A stretch of DNA of 64,000 nucleotides from Squalus acanthias (GCA_030390025.1 JASTWF010000808.1:1-64000); one strand, 5' to 3'. Counted from the stretch's first letter, positions 48,633 through 61,624 are shown. Program-made: numbers and translations. The notes: generated from the sequence alone by a model not told the origin.

Positions 48633-49605
48633 GGAAGTGGGCATCGCTGGCAAGGCTGCTTTCTGCACCCCCCTGCCCATTTCTAGTTGCTTTGAGAAGG
48701 TGGTGGCATGTCTTCTTAAACTGTTGCAGTCCGTGTGGTGAAGGTACTCCCACAATTCTGTTAGCTAGGGAGTGACAGGTTTTTGACCCAGAGACGATGA
48801 AGAAACGGACAATATATTTCCAAGTCAGCATGGTGTGTGACTTCGAGGGGAACTTGGAGGTGTTCCAATGCTACTGCTGCCTGTGGCCTTCTAGGTGGTA
48901 AAGGTCACGGGTTTGGGAGGTGCTGCTGAAGAAGCTTTGGCGAGTTGCTGCAGTGCATTCTGTAGATCATATACACTGCAGCCACGGAGCACCGTGGTGG
49001 AGGGACTGGATGTTCAGCCTGGTGACCGAGATTCTATTCAGGTGAACTGCTCTGCCCTAGTTGGTGTGGAGCTTCTTGAGTGTTGTTGCAGCTGCACCCC
49101 TCCAGGCAAGTGGAGAGTATTCCATCAAACTCCTGACTTGAGCCTTGTAGGGGGTTAGTCACTCACTGTAGAATGCCCAGCCTCTGACCTGTTCTAGTAG
49201 CCATGGTGTTGATATAGGAGCGTATAGCACAGAAGGAGGCCATTCAGCCCATCGTGCCTGTGGCAACTCTTTGAAAGAGCTATCCAATTAGGCCCACTTA
49301 CCTGCTCTTTCCCCATAGCCCTGCAAATTTTTCCCCCATCCAATTCCCTTTTGAAAGTTACTATTGAATCTGCTTCCACCACTTTCAGGCAGTGCATTCC
49401 ACATCATAACAACTCGCTGCGTAATTTTTTTTTCCTCATGTCTCTTCTGGTTCTTGTCAATTATCTTAAATCTGTGTCCTCTGGTTACTGACCTTTCTGC
49501 CACTGGAAACAGTTTCTCCTTATTTACTCTATCATGATTTCTGAACACCTCATCAAATCTCCCCTTAACCTTCTCTGCTCTAAGTAGAACAATCCCAGCT
49601 TCTCT
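48633..49605 (-). mobile_element. Adjacent LINE 3' fragments (CR1/L2-group 48633-49210; CR1 49222-49605)
   Basis: GVPSPHGLQQFKK..HHLL and TQRVVMMWNALP motifs. Confidence 0.75.
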
Positions 49606-49606
49606 A

Positions 49607-49742
49607 ATACAAAAGCAAAATACTGCGGATGCTGGAAATCTGATATAAAAGCAGAAAATGCTGGAAATATTCAGCAGGTCAGGCAGCATCTGTGGAGAGA
49701 GAAACAGTTAACGTTTCAAGTTGCTGACCTTTCATCAGAACT
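49607..49742 (-). mobile_element. Solo Penelope 3'-end derivative with hammerhead-like motif (49706-49742)
   Basis: Reverse complement agtt-CTGATGA-a-AGGT(cagca)ACTT-GAAAC-GTT-aact plus tail. Confidence 0.72.
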
Positions 49743-50099
49743 ACTGAGTAGTAATGAATTTAGTCTTATGGATATGTGCTTCTAACGTTGCTAATGTATG
49801 TTGAAGAAAATGCAGACTTGTGTCTCTGCACTATGCAGTAGCCAGAGACTACCATATTAGGCAATGCCTGCTCCAGTTTGATAAGAAAACAGTGCATAAA
49901 TGTAAGCTTTTTCCTTTGTTCGAGAGCACGAAAGGACCCATGCCTACGTTCACGTGCTCTACCTGTGACTATACTCCGCTTGTAAATTGCTTTCTACGCT
50001 GAAGCTAATGAATAAAATTATTATAACCAGAAGACTACTCCTTACTACTGAAGTGAGCAAACACAAAGTTTGTTTTAAGATGGCACAATCCCATCTGAA

Positions 50100-50890
50100 A
50101 TAATCTAATCCATGAGTGTAACTCCACACCATTCATGATTTCCTAGTATCTTGATTACCTGTTCTAATTGTTTATTATCTTGTAGCATATGCACGGTATG
50201 TTTTTGCGAGGTTCTCGTTCTGTAGATTATGGATTTTAAGCTGAGGGATAGTGGAGGTATATAATGTCCATTGTGTGAGATTGCTTGAATCGTCTCATTC
50301 TCCAAAGGCAGTTTCACTTGTAGTTGGGTCACATTATGATGGTGTGCCGGCACCAATGTTTTATCACTGATTTGGGTTTTTCCCAGCTGGAAACGCACAG
50401 AACCAGTGTTCCAGTATAGGCCATCTTGTTAATCCAACAGTCATAACAGTCACACTATCTTTCCTTGCCTTTGTAGTCTGTCCCTCTTCCCAGAGTCTTT
50501 GACTCATCTGAAAATTGGGTGATTCTGCATCAATTATGAACCTGCAGGCTGGAATGGTATGTTTTTATACCACATCACACCTACAAACTCAAGTGGTCCC
50601 GTTTAGGGTGCAGCACTCTACATCCGGTGCTATCCAAGTTCCAGCATTCTTTATCAGATGGCTTGGGTATTCTTAATATGTATCAGGTCTATTGCGAAGT
50701 CTTTACTCACTTCGATAGACTTTACCGGGTACACTTTCCCCAGGTTGACTCCCATTCTTGCTAACAAGGGTAGTGCCAGTACCACCGGTGTGAGATCCTC
50801 ATCCCCGCCCTCATTTCGGAGGGCCAAAAATACCATTCCCATCTGGCGCATCATATTATAGTCTATATCGTGGTTCCTTTGAACCATTTC
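50100..50890 (-). mobile_element. Decayed env/fusion-glycoprotein-like coding remnant
   Basis: VVLALPLL..VYPVKSI..HIKN/PSHLI..WIAPDVECCTLNGTT*VCRCD..AC: Cys-rich with N-glycosylation sequons, downstream of an LTR/PBS-like repeat. Confidence 0.4.
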
Positions 50891-51007
50891 CTCAGTTGTT
50901 CTTCATGAATAAATGAAGAAATTTGATTACCCTCTATATTATCCAGTCCCTCTGTATCACAAATATCGCATAGAGGCTACACACGATCCCTCTAGTAAGG
51001 TCTTGAT

Positions 51008-51205
51008 GGCTGGCTTGCCAAATGTTTTAAGCTGTCTTCTGTTGAGTCGTAACTAATTCATTTTTATGGTTATAATCGCTTTATTTTTCCTACTTTAACA
51101 AAAAAAATCTAAAAATGGAGCATAACTTCTTCAGAGTATAACAGTTTACAAGTGGAATTTTGTCAGCACTCACTCTTGTAGGTTTCTCTCGCCTTGCAAC
51201 TTAAC
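51008..51205 (-). mobile_element. LTR 3' end + PBS-like sequence, copy 1
   Basis: ~190-bp direct repeat of 58305-58525; on - strand AATAAA, ...aaca terminus, then tttggcaagccagcca (close to the tRNA-Arg PBS TGGCGAGCCAGCCA). Confidence 0.6.
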
Positions 51206-51225
51206 CCTTGAATTCTGGTAAATCG

Positions 51226-51650
51226 CTACACTCCCTCCAAGGCCAACATATCCTTCCTAAGGTGTGGTGCCCAGAACTCCAGGTGTGGTCTAACCAGGGC
51301 TTTGTATAGCTGTAGCATAACTTCTACCCCCTTGTATTTTAGTCTTCTAGATATAAAAGCCAGCATTCCATTTGCCTTTTTAATTATTTTCTGTACCTGT
51401 CCATGACATTTTAATGATGTATGTACATGGATCCCCAAGTCTCTTTGGACCTCCACTGTTTCTAGCTTTTCACCATTTAGAAAATAATCTGTTCTATCCT
51501 TTTTAGGTCCAAAGTGGATGACCTCATATTTGCCTACATTAAAATCCATTTATCACAGTTTTGCCCATTCATTTATTAATATCTCTTTGTAATTTTATGC
51601 TTCCATCTACACTGCTTACATTGTCACCTTTTGTGTCATTGGCAGACTTG
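51226..51650 (-). mobile_element. CR1 RT fragment
   Basis: EVQRDLGIHV..KANGMLAFI..LVRPHLE. Confidence 0.85.
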
Positions 51651-51719
51651 CAGTAACAGCTCTTTGTAGTTGTTCAAATTGATATAAGACCTCGTGTCTT
51701 TAAACAGTTTTTTTTTACA

Positions 51720-54700
51720 TCGGATATACGGCACAGAAACAGGCCATTCGGCCCAATCAGTCCATGCCGGTGTTAATGCTCTACTCGAGCCTCCTCCTGT
51801 CTTTCCTCATCTATCAGCATAACCCTCTATTCCCTTCTCCCTCATATGCTTGTCTAGCCTCCCCTTAAATGCATCTATACTGTTCACTTCAACCACTCCC
51901 TGTGGTAGCGAGTTCCACATTCTCACCACTCTTTGGGTAAACAAGTTTCTTCTGAATTCCTTATTGAATATTTCTATGTTGATGGCCTCTAGTTATGCCC
52001 TTCCCCACAAGTGGAAACTCTCTCTGTATCCACTCTATCAAAACCTTTCATAATTTTAAAGACCTCTATTAAGTCACCCCTCAGCTGCCTTTTTTCAAGA
52101 GAAAAGAGACCCAGCCTATTCATCCTTTCCTGATATGTATACCCTCACATTTCTGATATCATCCTTGTAAATCTTCTCTGCACCCTCTCCAGTGCCTCTA
52201 TATCCTTTTTATAATATGGTGACCAGAACTGTACGCAGTACTCTAAGTGTGGTCTAACCAAGGTTCGATACAGGTTTAGCATAACTTTCCTGCTTTTCAA
52301 TTCTATACCTCTAGAAATAAACCCGAGTGCTTGGTTTGCTTTTTTTATGGCCTTGCTAACCTGTGGTGCAACTTTTAGTGATTTGTGTATTTGTACTCCG
52401 AGATCCCTTTGTTCCTCTACCCCACCTAGACTCGCACCCTCCAAGTATTAAGTGACCTCCCTATTCTTCCTACCAAAATGTAATACCTCACATTTATCAT
52501 TTGCCAATTATATGCCCATTCTGCAAATGTATTAATGTCCTCCTGTAATTTGTTGCAGTCCTCCTCAGTATTGACTATCACCCCCAATTTAATGTCATCC
52601 GCAAATTTAGAAATTGTGTTTTTGATTCCAAAGTCTAAATCATGAATATAAATTGTGAACAACAGTGGTCCCAGCACTGATTCTTGTGGAACACCACTAC
52701 CACTGTGAATAGCTACCTTTTACCCCTACTCTCTGCTTTCTGTCTTGAAGCCAGCTAGCTATCCATTCTGCTACTTGTCCCCTGACTCCGCATTCTCTGA
52801 CCTTGTTTGTCAGTCTATTATGGGGTACCTTATTGAAGGCCTTTTGAAAATCTAGATAAATTACATCTACTACATTACCATTGTCTATTCTCTCTGTTAC
52901 CTCTTCAAAAAATTAAATGAGGTTGGTCACGCAAGACTTTCCATTTTGAAATCCATGCTGACTATTCATTACTATGTTTTTGGTTTCTAGATGTTCTTCT
53001 ATTTTCTCCTTTAGTAGGGATAGAAGCATAGAAGATAGGAGCAGGAGTAGGCCATTCGGCCCCTCGAGCCTGCTCCGCCATTTAATGAGATCATGGATGA
53101 TCATCCAAATTCAGTACCCTTGTCCCTGCTTTCTCCCCATATCCCTTGAACCCTTTAGCCTTAAGAAATATATCTATCTCCTTCTTGAATATATTTAATG
53201 AATTGGCCTCAACTGCCTTCTGTGGTAGAGAATTCCACAGGTTCACCACTTTCTGGGTGAAGAAATTCCTCCTCATAGATACATAGATACATAGAACAGT
53301 ACAGCACAGTACAGGCCCTTCGGCCCTCGATGTTGTGCCGAGCATTGTCCGAGACCAAGATCAAGCTATCACACTCCCTATCACTCTGGTGTGCTCCATG
53401 TGCTTATCCAATAACCGCTTGAAAGTTCCTAAAGTGTCCGACTCCACTATCACAGCAGGCAGTCCATTCCACACCCCAACCACTCTCTGAGTAAAGAATC
53501 TACCTCGGACATCCCTTCTATATCTCCCCCCATGCACCTTATAGTTATGCCCCCTTGTAACAGCTGCCTCTACCCGAGGAAATAGTCTCTGAACATCCAC
53601 TCTATCTATCCCCCTCATCATCTTATAAACCTCTATTAAGTCGCCTCTCATCCTCCTCCGCTCTAAAGAGAAAAGCCCCAACTCCCTCAATCTTTCCTCA
53701 TAAGACCTCCCCCCCAAACCAGGCAGCATCCTGGTAAATCTCCTTTGCACTCTTTCCAATGCTTCCACGTCCTTCCTATAGTGAGGTGACCAGAACTGCA
53801 CACACTATTCCAAATGTGGTCTCACCAAGGTCCTGTACAGTTGCAGCATAACCTCACGGTTCTTAAACTCAAACCCTCTGTTAATAAACGCCAACACACC
53901 ATAGGCCTTCTTTACTGCTCTATCCACTTGAGTGGCAACCTTCAGAGATCTGTGGATATGAACCCCCAGATCCCTCTGCTCCTCCACGTTCCTCAGAACC
54001 CTGCCGTTGACCCTGTAATCCTTATTCAAATTTGCCCTACCAAAATGAATCACCTCGCACTTATCAGGGTTAAATTCCATCTGCCATTTTTCGGCCCAGC
54101 TCTGCATCCTATCAATGTCTCTTTGCAGCCTACAACTGCCCTCCACCTCATCCACTACTCCACCAATCTTGGTGTCATCAGCAAATTTACTGATCCACCC
54201 TTCAGTCCCCTCCTCCAAGTCATTGATAAAAATCACAAACAGCAGAGGACCCAGCACCGACCCCTGTGGCACCCCGCTGGTAACTGGTCTCCAGTCCGAA
54301 AATGTTCCATCCACCACCACCCTCTGCCTTCTATGAGATAGCCAGTTACTTATCCAATCGGCCAAATTTCCCTCTATCCCACAACTCCTTACCCCTTATC
54401 CTTAGACTGGGACCTCTGGTTCTGGACTCCCCCGCCATCGGGAACATCCTTCCTGCATCTAGTCTGTCTAGTCCTGTTAGAATTTTATAAGTTTCAATGA
54501 GATCCCCTCTCATTCTTCGAAACTCTAGCGAATATAAGCCTAATCGACTCTTCTCTCTTCATACGTCATTCCTGCCATCCCAGGTATCAGTCTGGTAAAT
54601 CTTCGCTGCACTCCCTCCATGGCAAGAACATCCTTCCTCAGATAAGGCAACCAAAACTGCACACAATACTCAAGGTGTAGTCTCACCAAGGCCCTGTACA

Positions 54701-55245
54701 ACTGCAGCAAGACATCCTTGCTCCTGTACTCGAATCCTCTCGCTATGAAGGCCAACATACCATTTGCCTTCCTAATCGCCTGCTGCACCTGCATGCTTAC
54801 CTTCAGCGACTGGTGCACAAGGACTCCCAGATCTCGTTGCACTTCCCCTTTTCCCAATCTAGTGCTGTTCAGATAATAATCTGTCTTCCTGTTTTTGCCA
54901 CCAAAGTGGATAACCTCGCATTTATCCACATTATACTGCATCTGCCATGCATCTGCCCAATCACCCAACCTGTCCAAATCATACTGGAGTTTCTCTGCAT
55001 CCTCCTCACAGCACACACGCCCACCCAGCTTTGTGTCGTCTGCAAACTTAGAGATATTACATCTAGTTCCCTCGTCTAGATCATTCCATTATCTTTCCTA
55101 CCACCGATGTTAAGCTGACTGGTCTATAATTCCCTGGACATGTTCTATCCCCCTTCTTAAATATCGGTATTATGTTAGCTATCCACCAGTCCTCTGCCAC
55201 TACACCTTTTTCTAATGAATTATTAAATATGTGTAGTCATGCCTC
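51720..55245 (-). mobile_element. Three nested CR1 elements (host 51720-53020 + 55085-55245; second 53021-53275 + 54388-55078; third 53276-54387)
   Basis: Three separate 3' tails, with RT frames resuming on the far side of each insert. Confidence 0.85.
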
Positions 55246-55572
55246 AGGGTAATAGATTGGAGAAAAGCTGACTTTGAGGGGCTGACTTTTGTCCAATGTT
55301 TTGAAGCGTTCAAATTCATTTTCTACCAGACACCATGGCAACCATAACTTCAAGGCTGAAGCTTGGGACTGAAATTTACCTTTTGTAAAACAAACCTTTT
55401 GTTGCTTTTCTCAGTTGCACAAGTAAATATTAGTCAAAATAAATCCGCACCAGCATTTTTAACTTAAAATATAATTAAAAGTTTTTTACCCAACTTCTGG
55501 GTGCACAATCTTAAATTGAAATGAACATACCCAAACAAATATATTCACACTTTCATGCAACTTTAAAATATA

Positions 55573-56430
55573 GGCCCAGAATTTGCGGTCAGCAGCGAAG
55601 CGAAGGCATTCGCTGCTGGCCCTGAAGTCACTCTGCACAAGGATCTCATAATCCCTGTGTTGAGAACTTCGGGGTTTCCGACCTTCAATTCAAATCAATG
55701 GAGTATCGTGGGGATCCCCTTCTGCGAACTGCTGTGATGTCAACAGGCTGTCTCAGCAGCCAATCAAAATGCAGAATTCTCACACAGCGAACAAGGAAGT
55801 GAATAAGCTCTTAAAATTCTAACTTTAAAAATGTTAGAGAGAGTAAAACAAAGATTGGGGCTCTCACCTGGGGAAAAGACAAACCTGAAACAAATTTTTT
55901 TTTTAATTTTTAAAATGTTTCTGAAAAGTTTCTTTAAAAATGTAATTTTTATTCAAACGGACAAATTTCACACTGCACAAAATTAAAATTAGTGTTCCAG
56001 GCCTTTAAAATTCCTTTAGCGGGGAAGTGGGACTAGCTGAAGTGTTCTTGTAGAGAGCCAGCACGGGCTCGATGGGCCAAATGGCCTCCTCCTGTGCTGT
56101 AACCATTCTATGATAACGCTGTTAAAACTCCAGTTACACCTAATCCCTTTGGGTCTAACTTTTAGTGAGTGGAGAATTTAACAGTGTAATTACTGTGGAG
56201 AGTTGATGTTTTCGTCAGTTTCCCTGATTTGGTTGATTACACAGATTGCCGGCTCTGTGGGGTCAGGGTCACAGCGCAGCCTGTTTCGGAGCTGTCATTA
56301 ACAGACCCCAACTTCAGGATTTCCATATGTGCCTGCTCATGCGCCAAATCCTGAAGATGCGGTCAGTTTCAAAGGTGGAATGACGGTGAACGCTGCCAGT
56401 TTGCCTCCATCCCGACCGCAAATTCCGCAC
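55573..56430. mobile_element. MITE-like element containing a short CR1 tail (~56020-56113)
   Basis: aatttgcggtc / gaccgcaaatt subterminal inverted repeat; homologous to 25880-26710. Confidence 0.65.
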
Positions 56431-57059
56431 CATAATGACGATTTCTTATCTCTGGCTCTCTCAACATTGTTTGAGTCTGTCACCCTTAATTCTGTCGCCT
56501 TTTGATACGAGTCCATGTCTCGAAAACGGCACTAATTTCTTATCTCTGGCCCTTGCGCCTTTGGATTTGGACCCTATTGGAGGTGATCAGTCTCCCCTAT
56601 TTTTCCTTCCATTGATCCCTGCAATGGCTTATGTGCCAAAATCTATGTGATATTCCCTGGTCGCGAGCCAAGAAACATTCATACACACTTTTGGAAACTT
56701 TTTCCTTTTTTTAAAATGAAAATAAAACATGCTGAAGATGCTTATCCTATTTCTTCCTCACAGGGATCCTATTTCTTTAACTGTGGCTGCAGGCTTTTTA
56801 ACTTCTTTCTCCTTTTCCTAACCCCTTTTGTTGCACATCAAGTGTTCAACTCCGTGTTTTTTATTAACTGCTATTTACGCAACAAACTTATCAGGCAACA
56901 TCATGCCTCGAGGTAAAGCAGCCTGCAGCAGTAGAAATGTATCCTTGTCTGTCAACCTGTGTGCCTGCTATAGCCATCGAACTTTATTTAATAACTGAGT
57001 TGGGTCTCCTATTCCCTCATATGTGGGCAATTGGCCACTGAGTTGGCACAATTCTGAAA

Positions 57060-57900
57060 GGGTCAGATCCTGACTTACTTCTTTATTCATACACTACTCG
57101 ACTTTCCCCGTTTGTCGTCCCTCCTGTGTGCAGGTGTTTGATAACTATGGCTGCCATCTCAACACATCTGTATAACCCCGTACTCTCACTTGTTTTAGAC
57201 AGGGTATAATCGGCGACACTCCCTGGATTACTACTGATACTGGAAGTATCACGTTCCCCCCCACGCTTGGCATCTGAAACCTCCACCTTCAGTGGTCTTC
57301 TGAACTGTGGGGGCGCTGTTCGGAGGACTGGATCATCCTTGTCATCATCACTGCTGGGTTCCTCCTCATGAGTGCCAAAGGACAAGGCTGCCACTCTAAC
57401 TTTTAATTCTTTCATCTTTCTCTTGTTCTCTGCTCTTCCCGTCTCTCCTCTCTTCATCGCCTTACCACCACTCTATCCTTGGTTCCCTGTGACAAATTCC
57501 ATAGTTCTTGATAAGCTATTTTGGTATCATCCAATTTTCCCTGCACCTTAACTATTGCTTCTGAAGAACTCTGCAGCTGGGCGCATAATTGAGTTATTAC
57601 CTGGTGCATCTCCAACTGTTGGTTGGCGGCTAATCTAAGTTCTGCCTGTACAGCACCCAATTTGTTTTTAAATCTCTCTTTGTGCCTAAAGAGTCTGAAC
57701 CTGGCTATACTGTTTAGTGAATTTCTCATTCAAACTATTTATTATCTGAACCATTGCCATTATGCAGTTGGCCTTTTTTACTTTCTTATTTTTTTCATTT
57801 ACATTTCAATTATCATTGTTACGCTCCTCAAAAGGTCCTTCCCTAGGGTGCTTTTGGACATAACTTTCTGCCCACAACATCCACGATAATACTCCTTTAT
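57060..57900 (-). mobile_element. Decayed gag-like coiled-coil ORF of an LTR element
   Basis: Broken frames (57729-57454, 57457-57083) with heptad-rich then acidic/Pro-rich segments, downstream of an LTR/PBS; no hallmark gag motif seen. Confidence 0.4.
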
Positions 57901-58304
57901 TATTTATTTTTAGCTGTTCTCGGTTTGGCCCTCTCCTTCTTGGACTTGGTCTTTATTGGAGGTGATCAGTCTCCAATTTCCCCACTTACAACAACCTCCC
58001 CTTTTCTAGGATGCCTATAAAATATTGAGGACTATATGATTAGCACAGTGATCTCCAGCCACTGTCTCGTTAAAACACCATATAACTTGGTATCTGCTGT
58101 ACTCTCTTATCAAATTGAATACGACTCACACGTGCTTGCGTTCTTTATCCTGAGTCCTGCTGCGTTGCCTTGGTATGTTGACGGTGAAAGTAGGCTACCT
58201 CCTGTCCTAGAGCTCATTCACGATGAGTTTTTGATGGTTGAGGTTCGACTTCAGTCCGGTCTCGATGCCCCCAGTTTTCAGATAGCAAAACATTCAGGTC
58301 CTTC

Positions 58305-58525
58305 ACTCAGCTAGCCAAATGTTGTTTTAAACAATCCGCTGTTGTTCACTTGAGTCGTAACACATTCAGCCTTATGGTTATAATCACTTTATTTTTCCTA
58401 CTTTAACATAAACATACTAAAAGTGGAATATAACTTCTTCAGTTTACAAGCAGAGTTTTGTCAGCAGATTTGAACGTAGGCATGCGCTCATCCTTGTAGA
58501 TTTCTCTCTCCTAAAACTTAACACA
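58305..58525 (-). mobile_element. LTR 3' end + PBS-like sequence, copy 2
   Basis: Repeat of 51008-51205; ...aacaaca|tttggctagctgag on - strand. Confidence 0.55.
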
Positions 58526-58917
58526 AAAGCTTCTTTTTTTATACACTGATCTCTTTATCAAACTGGAAATGGCCTTGTTTTATATTGTAGTCTCCAGTCA
58601 ATGCACCATCCTTCAGCCGATTCTTACACACACAAGTTTGCATTTCTCTACAACATTCGCATATCAATATTTTTGCCAATATACATCAACATTCCTTTGC
58701 ATAGGTTGCAATGCCCTTGTTGAACATCCTATTGGCAGGAATCCCAGTTTCAGTCCCAAGGTACTAAAACTGGTCACTTGAACAAGCTGACTGTTGCTAA
58801 GTGAAATCTGTATCTCTCGCTCTCTCTTCAATGATGCCAATCATTATTTTTGCTCTATATTGAATGAGCTAAAAATGAACACCTTTCAGAAGCCGAATTT
58901 GCCGAGTTCCATGTACC

Positions 58918-59182
58918 AACAGATGCAAAGTACTCATTTAGTACCTCAGCCGTGCCCTCTGCCTCCACAGGAACATCTCGTTTTTGGGCCCTAATCGGCT
59001 CCACCCTTCCTTTGACTAGCCTTTTACTATTTATATGTTTATAAAAGGTTTTTGTGTTCTCTTTTATGTTACCTACAAGTCTATTCTCATACACATTCTT
59101 TGCCCCTCTTTTTTTCCTTTTTCAGTTCTCCTCTGCACTTTCTGTATTCTGCTTGGTTCTCTACTGTATTATGAACCTGACA
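58918..59182 (-). mobile_element. CR1 ORF2 fragment
   Basis: YENRLVGNIKENTKTFYKHI...EVLNEYFASV. Confidence 0.85.
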
Positions 59183-60893
59183 TTTGAACAAATATTTTGT
59201 ATCGGTCTTCATGGTAGAAGACAATAAAAGCATCCCAAAAATGGAAAATCAAGGGACCATTGGGGTAGGGGGGGGGAACTTGAAACAATCACTATCACTA
59301 GAGAGAAAGTACTAGGCAAACTAATGGGACTAGAGGTGGACAAGTCCCCTGGACCCGATGGCCTGCATCCTAGAGTCTTAAAAGAGGGGGCTGCAGAGAT
59401 AGTGGATGCATTGGTTGTAATCCACCAAAATTCCCTGGATTCTGGAGAGGTTCCAGCGGACTGGAAAACCGCAAATGTAATGCCCCTATTTAAGAAAGGA
59501 GGGAGACAGAAAGCAGGCAACTATTGACCAGTTAGCCTAACATCTGTCATTGGGAAAATGCTGGAGTCCATCATTAAGGAAGTGGTAGCAGGACATTTAG
59601 AAAATCATAATATAGTCAAGCAAAGTCAGCATGGTTTTATGAAAGGGAAATCATGTTTGACAAATTTGCTGGAGTTCTTTGAGGATGTAACGAGCAGGGT
59701 GGTTAAAGAGGAACCAGTAGATGTTATGTATTTGGATTTCCAGAAGGCATTCGATAAGGTGCCACATAAAACGTTACTACACAAGATAAGAGCTCACGGG
59801 GTTGGGGGTAATATATTAGTGTGGATAGATGATTGGCTAACAAACAGAAAACAGAGAGTCGGGATAAATGGGTCATTTTCAGGTTGGCAAACTGTAATTG
59901 GGGTGCCACAGGGATCAGTGCTAGGGCCTCAACTATTTACAATCTATATTAATGACTTGAATGAAGAGACTGAGTGTAATGTATTCAAATTTGCTGATGA
60001 TACAAAGATAGGTGGGAATAAATTGTGTGAAGGACGCAAAGAATCTCCAAAGGGATATAGATAGGCTAAGTGAGTGGGCAAAAATCTGGCAGATGGAGTA
60101 TAATGTGAGCAAATGTGAGGTTATCAACTTTGGTACGAAAAATAAAAAAGCAAATTATTATTTAAATGGGGAGAGATTACAAAATGCTGAGGTACAGAGG
60201 GATCTGGGGGTCCTTGTACATGAAGCACAAAAAGTTAGCATGCAGGTACAGCAAGTAATTAGGAAGGCAAATGGAATGTTGGCCTTTATTGCAAAGGGAA
60301 TGGAGTATAAAAGTAGGGAAGTCCAGTTACAATTGTACAGGGCTTTGGAGTACTGCGTACAGTTTTGGTCTCCTTATTTAAGGAAGGATATATGTGCATT
60401 GAAGGCAGTTCAGAGAAGGTTCACGAGGTTGATTCCTGAGATGAAGGGGTTGTCTTAGGAAGAAAGGTTGAGCAAGTTGGGCCTATACTCATTGGTGTTT
60501 GGAAGAATGAGAGGGGATCTTATTGAAACATATAAGATTCCGAAGGGGCTTGACAGGGTAGATGCAGAGAGGATGTTTCCCCTTGTGGGGGAATCTAGAA
60601 CTAGGGGGCATAATTTCAGAATAAATTAAAACGGAAATGAGGAGGAACTTCTTTCAGAGGGTCGCGAATCTTTGGAATTCTCTTCCCCAGAGAGCTGTGG
60701 AGGCTGGGTCATTGAATATATTTAAGGTGGAGATAGACAGATTTTTGAAAGGTAAGGGAGTCAAGGGTTATGGGGAGCGGGCAGGGAAGTGGAGTTGAGG
60801 CCAAGATCAGATCAGCCATGATCTTATTGAATGGCGGCGCAGGCTCGAGGGGCCAAATGATCTACTCCTGCTCCTACGTCTTATGTTCTTATG
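59183..60893 (+). mobile_element. CR1 LINE 3' half
   Basis: KSPGPDG, QHGFMKGKSCLT, FADDTK, (ttcttatg) tail. Confidence 0.92.
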
Positions 60894-60938
60894 ACATTTA
60901 ACATAAGCCTCCTTTTTCTATTTCATTTTAATCTTTAT

Positions 60939-61624
60939 AGCTTGGAGTTTCCACTCGACTGTGCTGGATTTTTCAGCGCAATTCACCCAAAATCAGCGTA
61001 ATTGCCGCAAAAGATCGTGGAATTTTAAGCGCAAATTGCGTTCAATGCAACTCGACTGATCTTTTGCACTAGTTTTAAAATCATCGGGCTAGAGGCAGGC
61101 CCCGCCCACAGAACTGGCCACGCCCATTGATTAATTAATTGCCATTGGGAGTTTCAGCTAATTGCGCCCGTTTGGAGGCCTTCGTGGAGGCTCCAAAAAT
61201 TAAGCTGGATCTTTTGGGTTACTCACAGGTGGTGGACTAGACACTGATTTTAAAATGCTTATTTTTTGTGATAAACCCATTTTCAGCTGTATTAAGCAAA
61301 CTGCACCTAGTTACCACTCTTAAATATATCAAAAATACCTTTTAAGACAATTTTTTTTAAATTACGTTTTAAACGCTGCCCAATTGCACTGGTTCATGGC
61401 AGATTGTGTGTTTGGCAATATGCAAATGGAGGAGCAGGCTCGAGGTGCCGAATGGCCTACTCCTGCTCCTATTTCTTATGTTCTTATGTTCTAACCTCAC
61501 TTGTGAAGCAGAGAGGGTGAAGCAGAGAGAGTTTGAGGAAAAAAACACGTTTTAAAATGGGCACAATTTTGGCCCCAATTTGCACCGGAATTGCCAATTG
61601 CGCCCAAAGCGGAAACTCTACCCC
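60939..61624. mobile_element. MITE related to 8403-9176, containing a CR1 tail (~61425-61490)
   Basis: ggagtttcc / ggaaactcta ends; shared ccccgcccaca.aac.ggccac motif. Confidence 0.6.

Noticed and set aside
49747-50049. Possible solo LTR (agtagtaa...ttactact with internal AATAAA)
   Set aside because: No target-site duplication and no second copy in the window; an 8-bp inverted match alone is insufficient.
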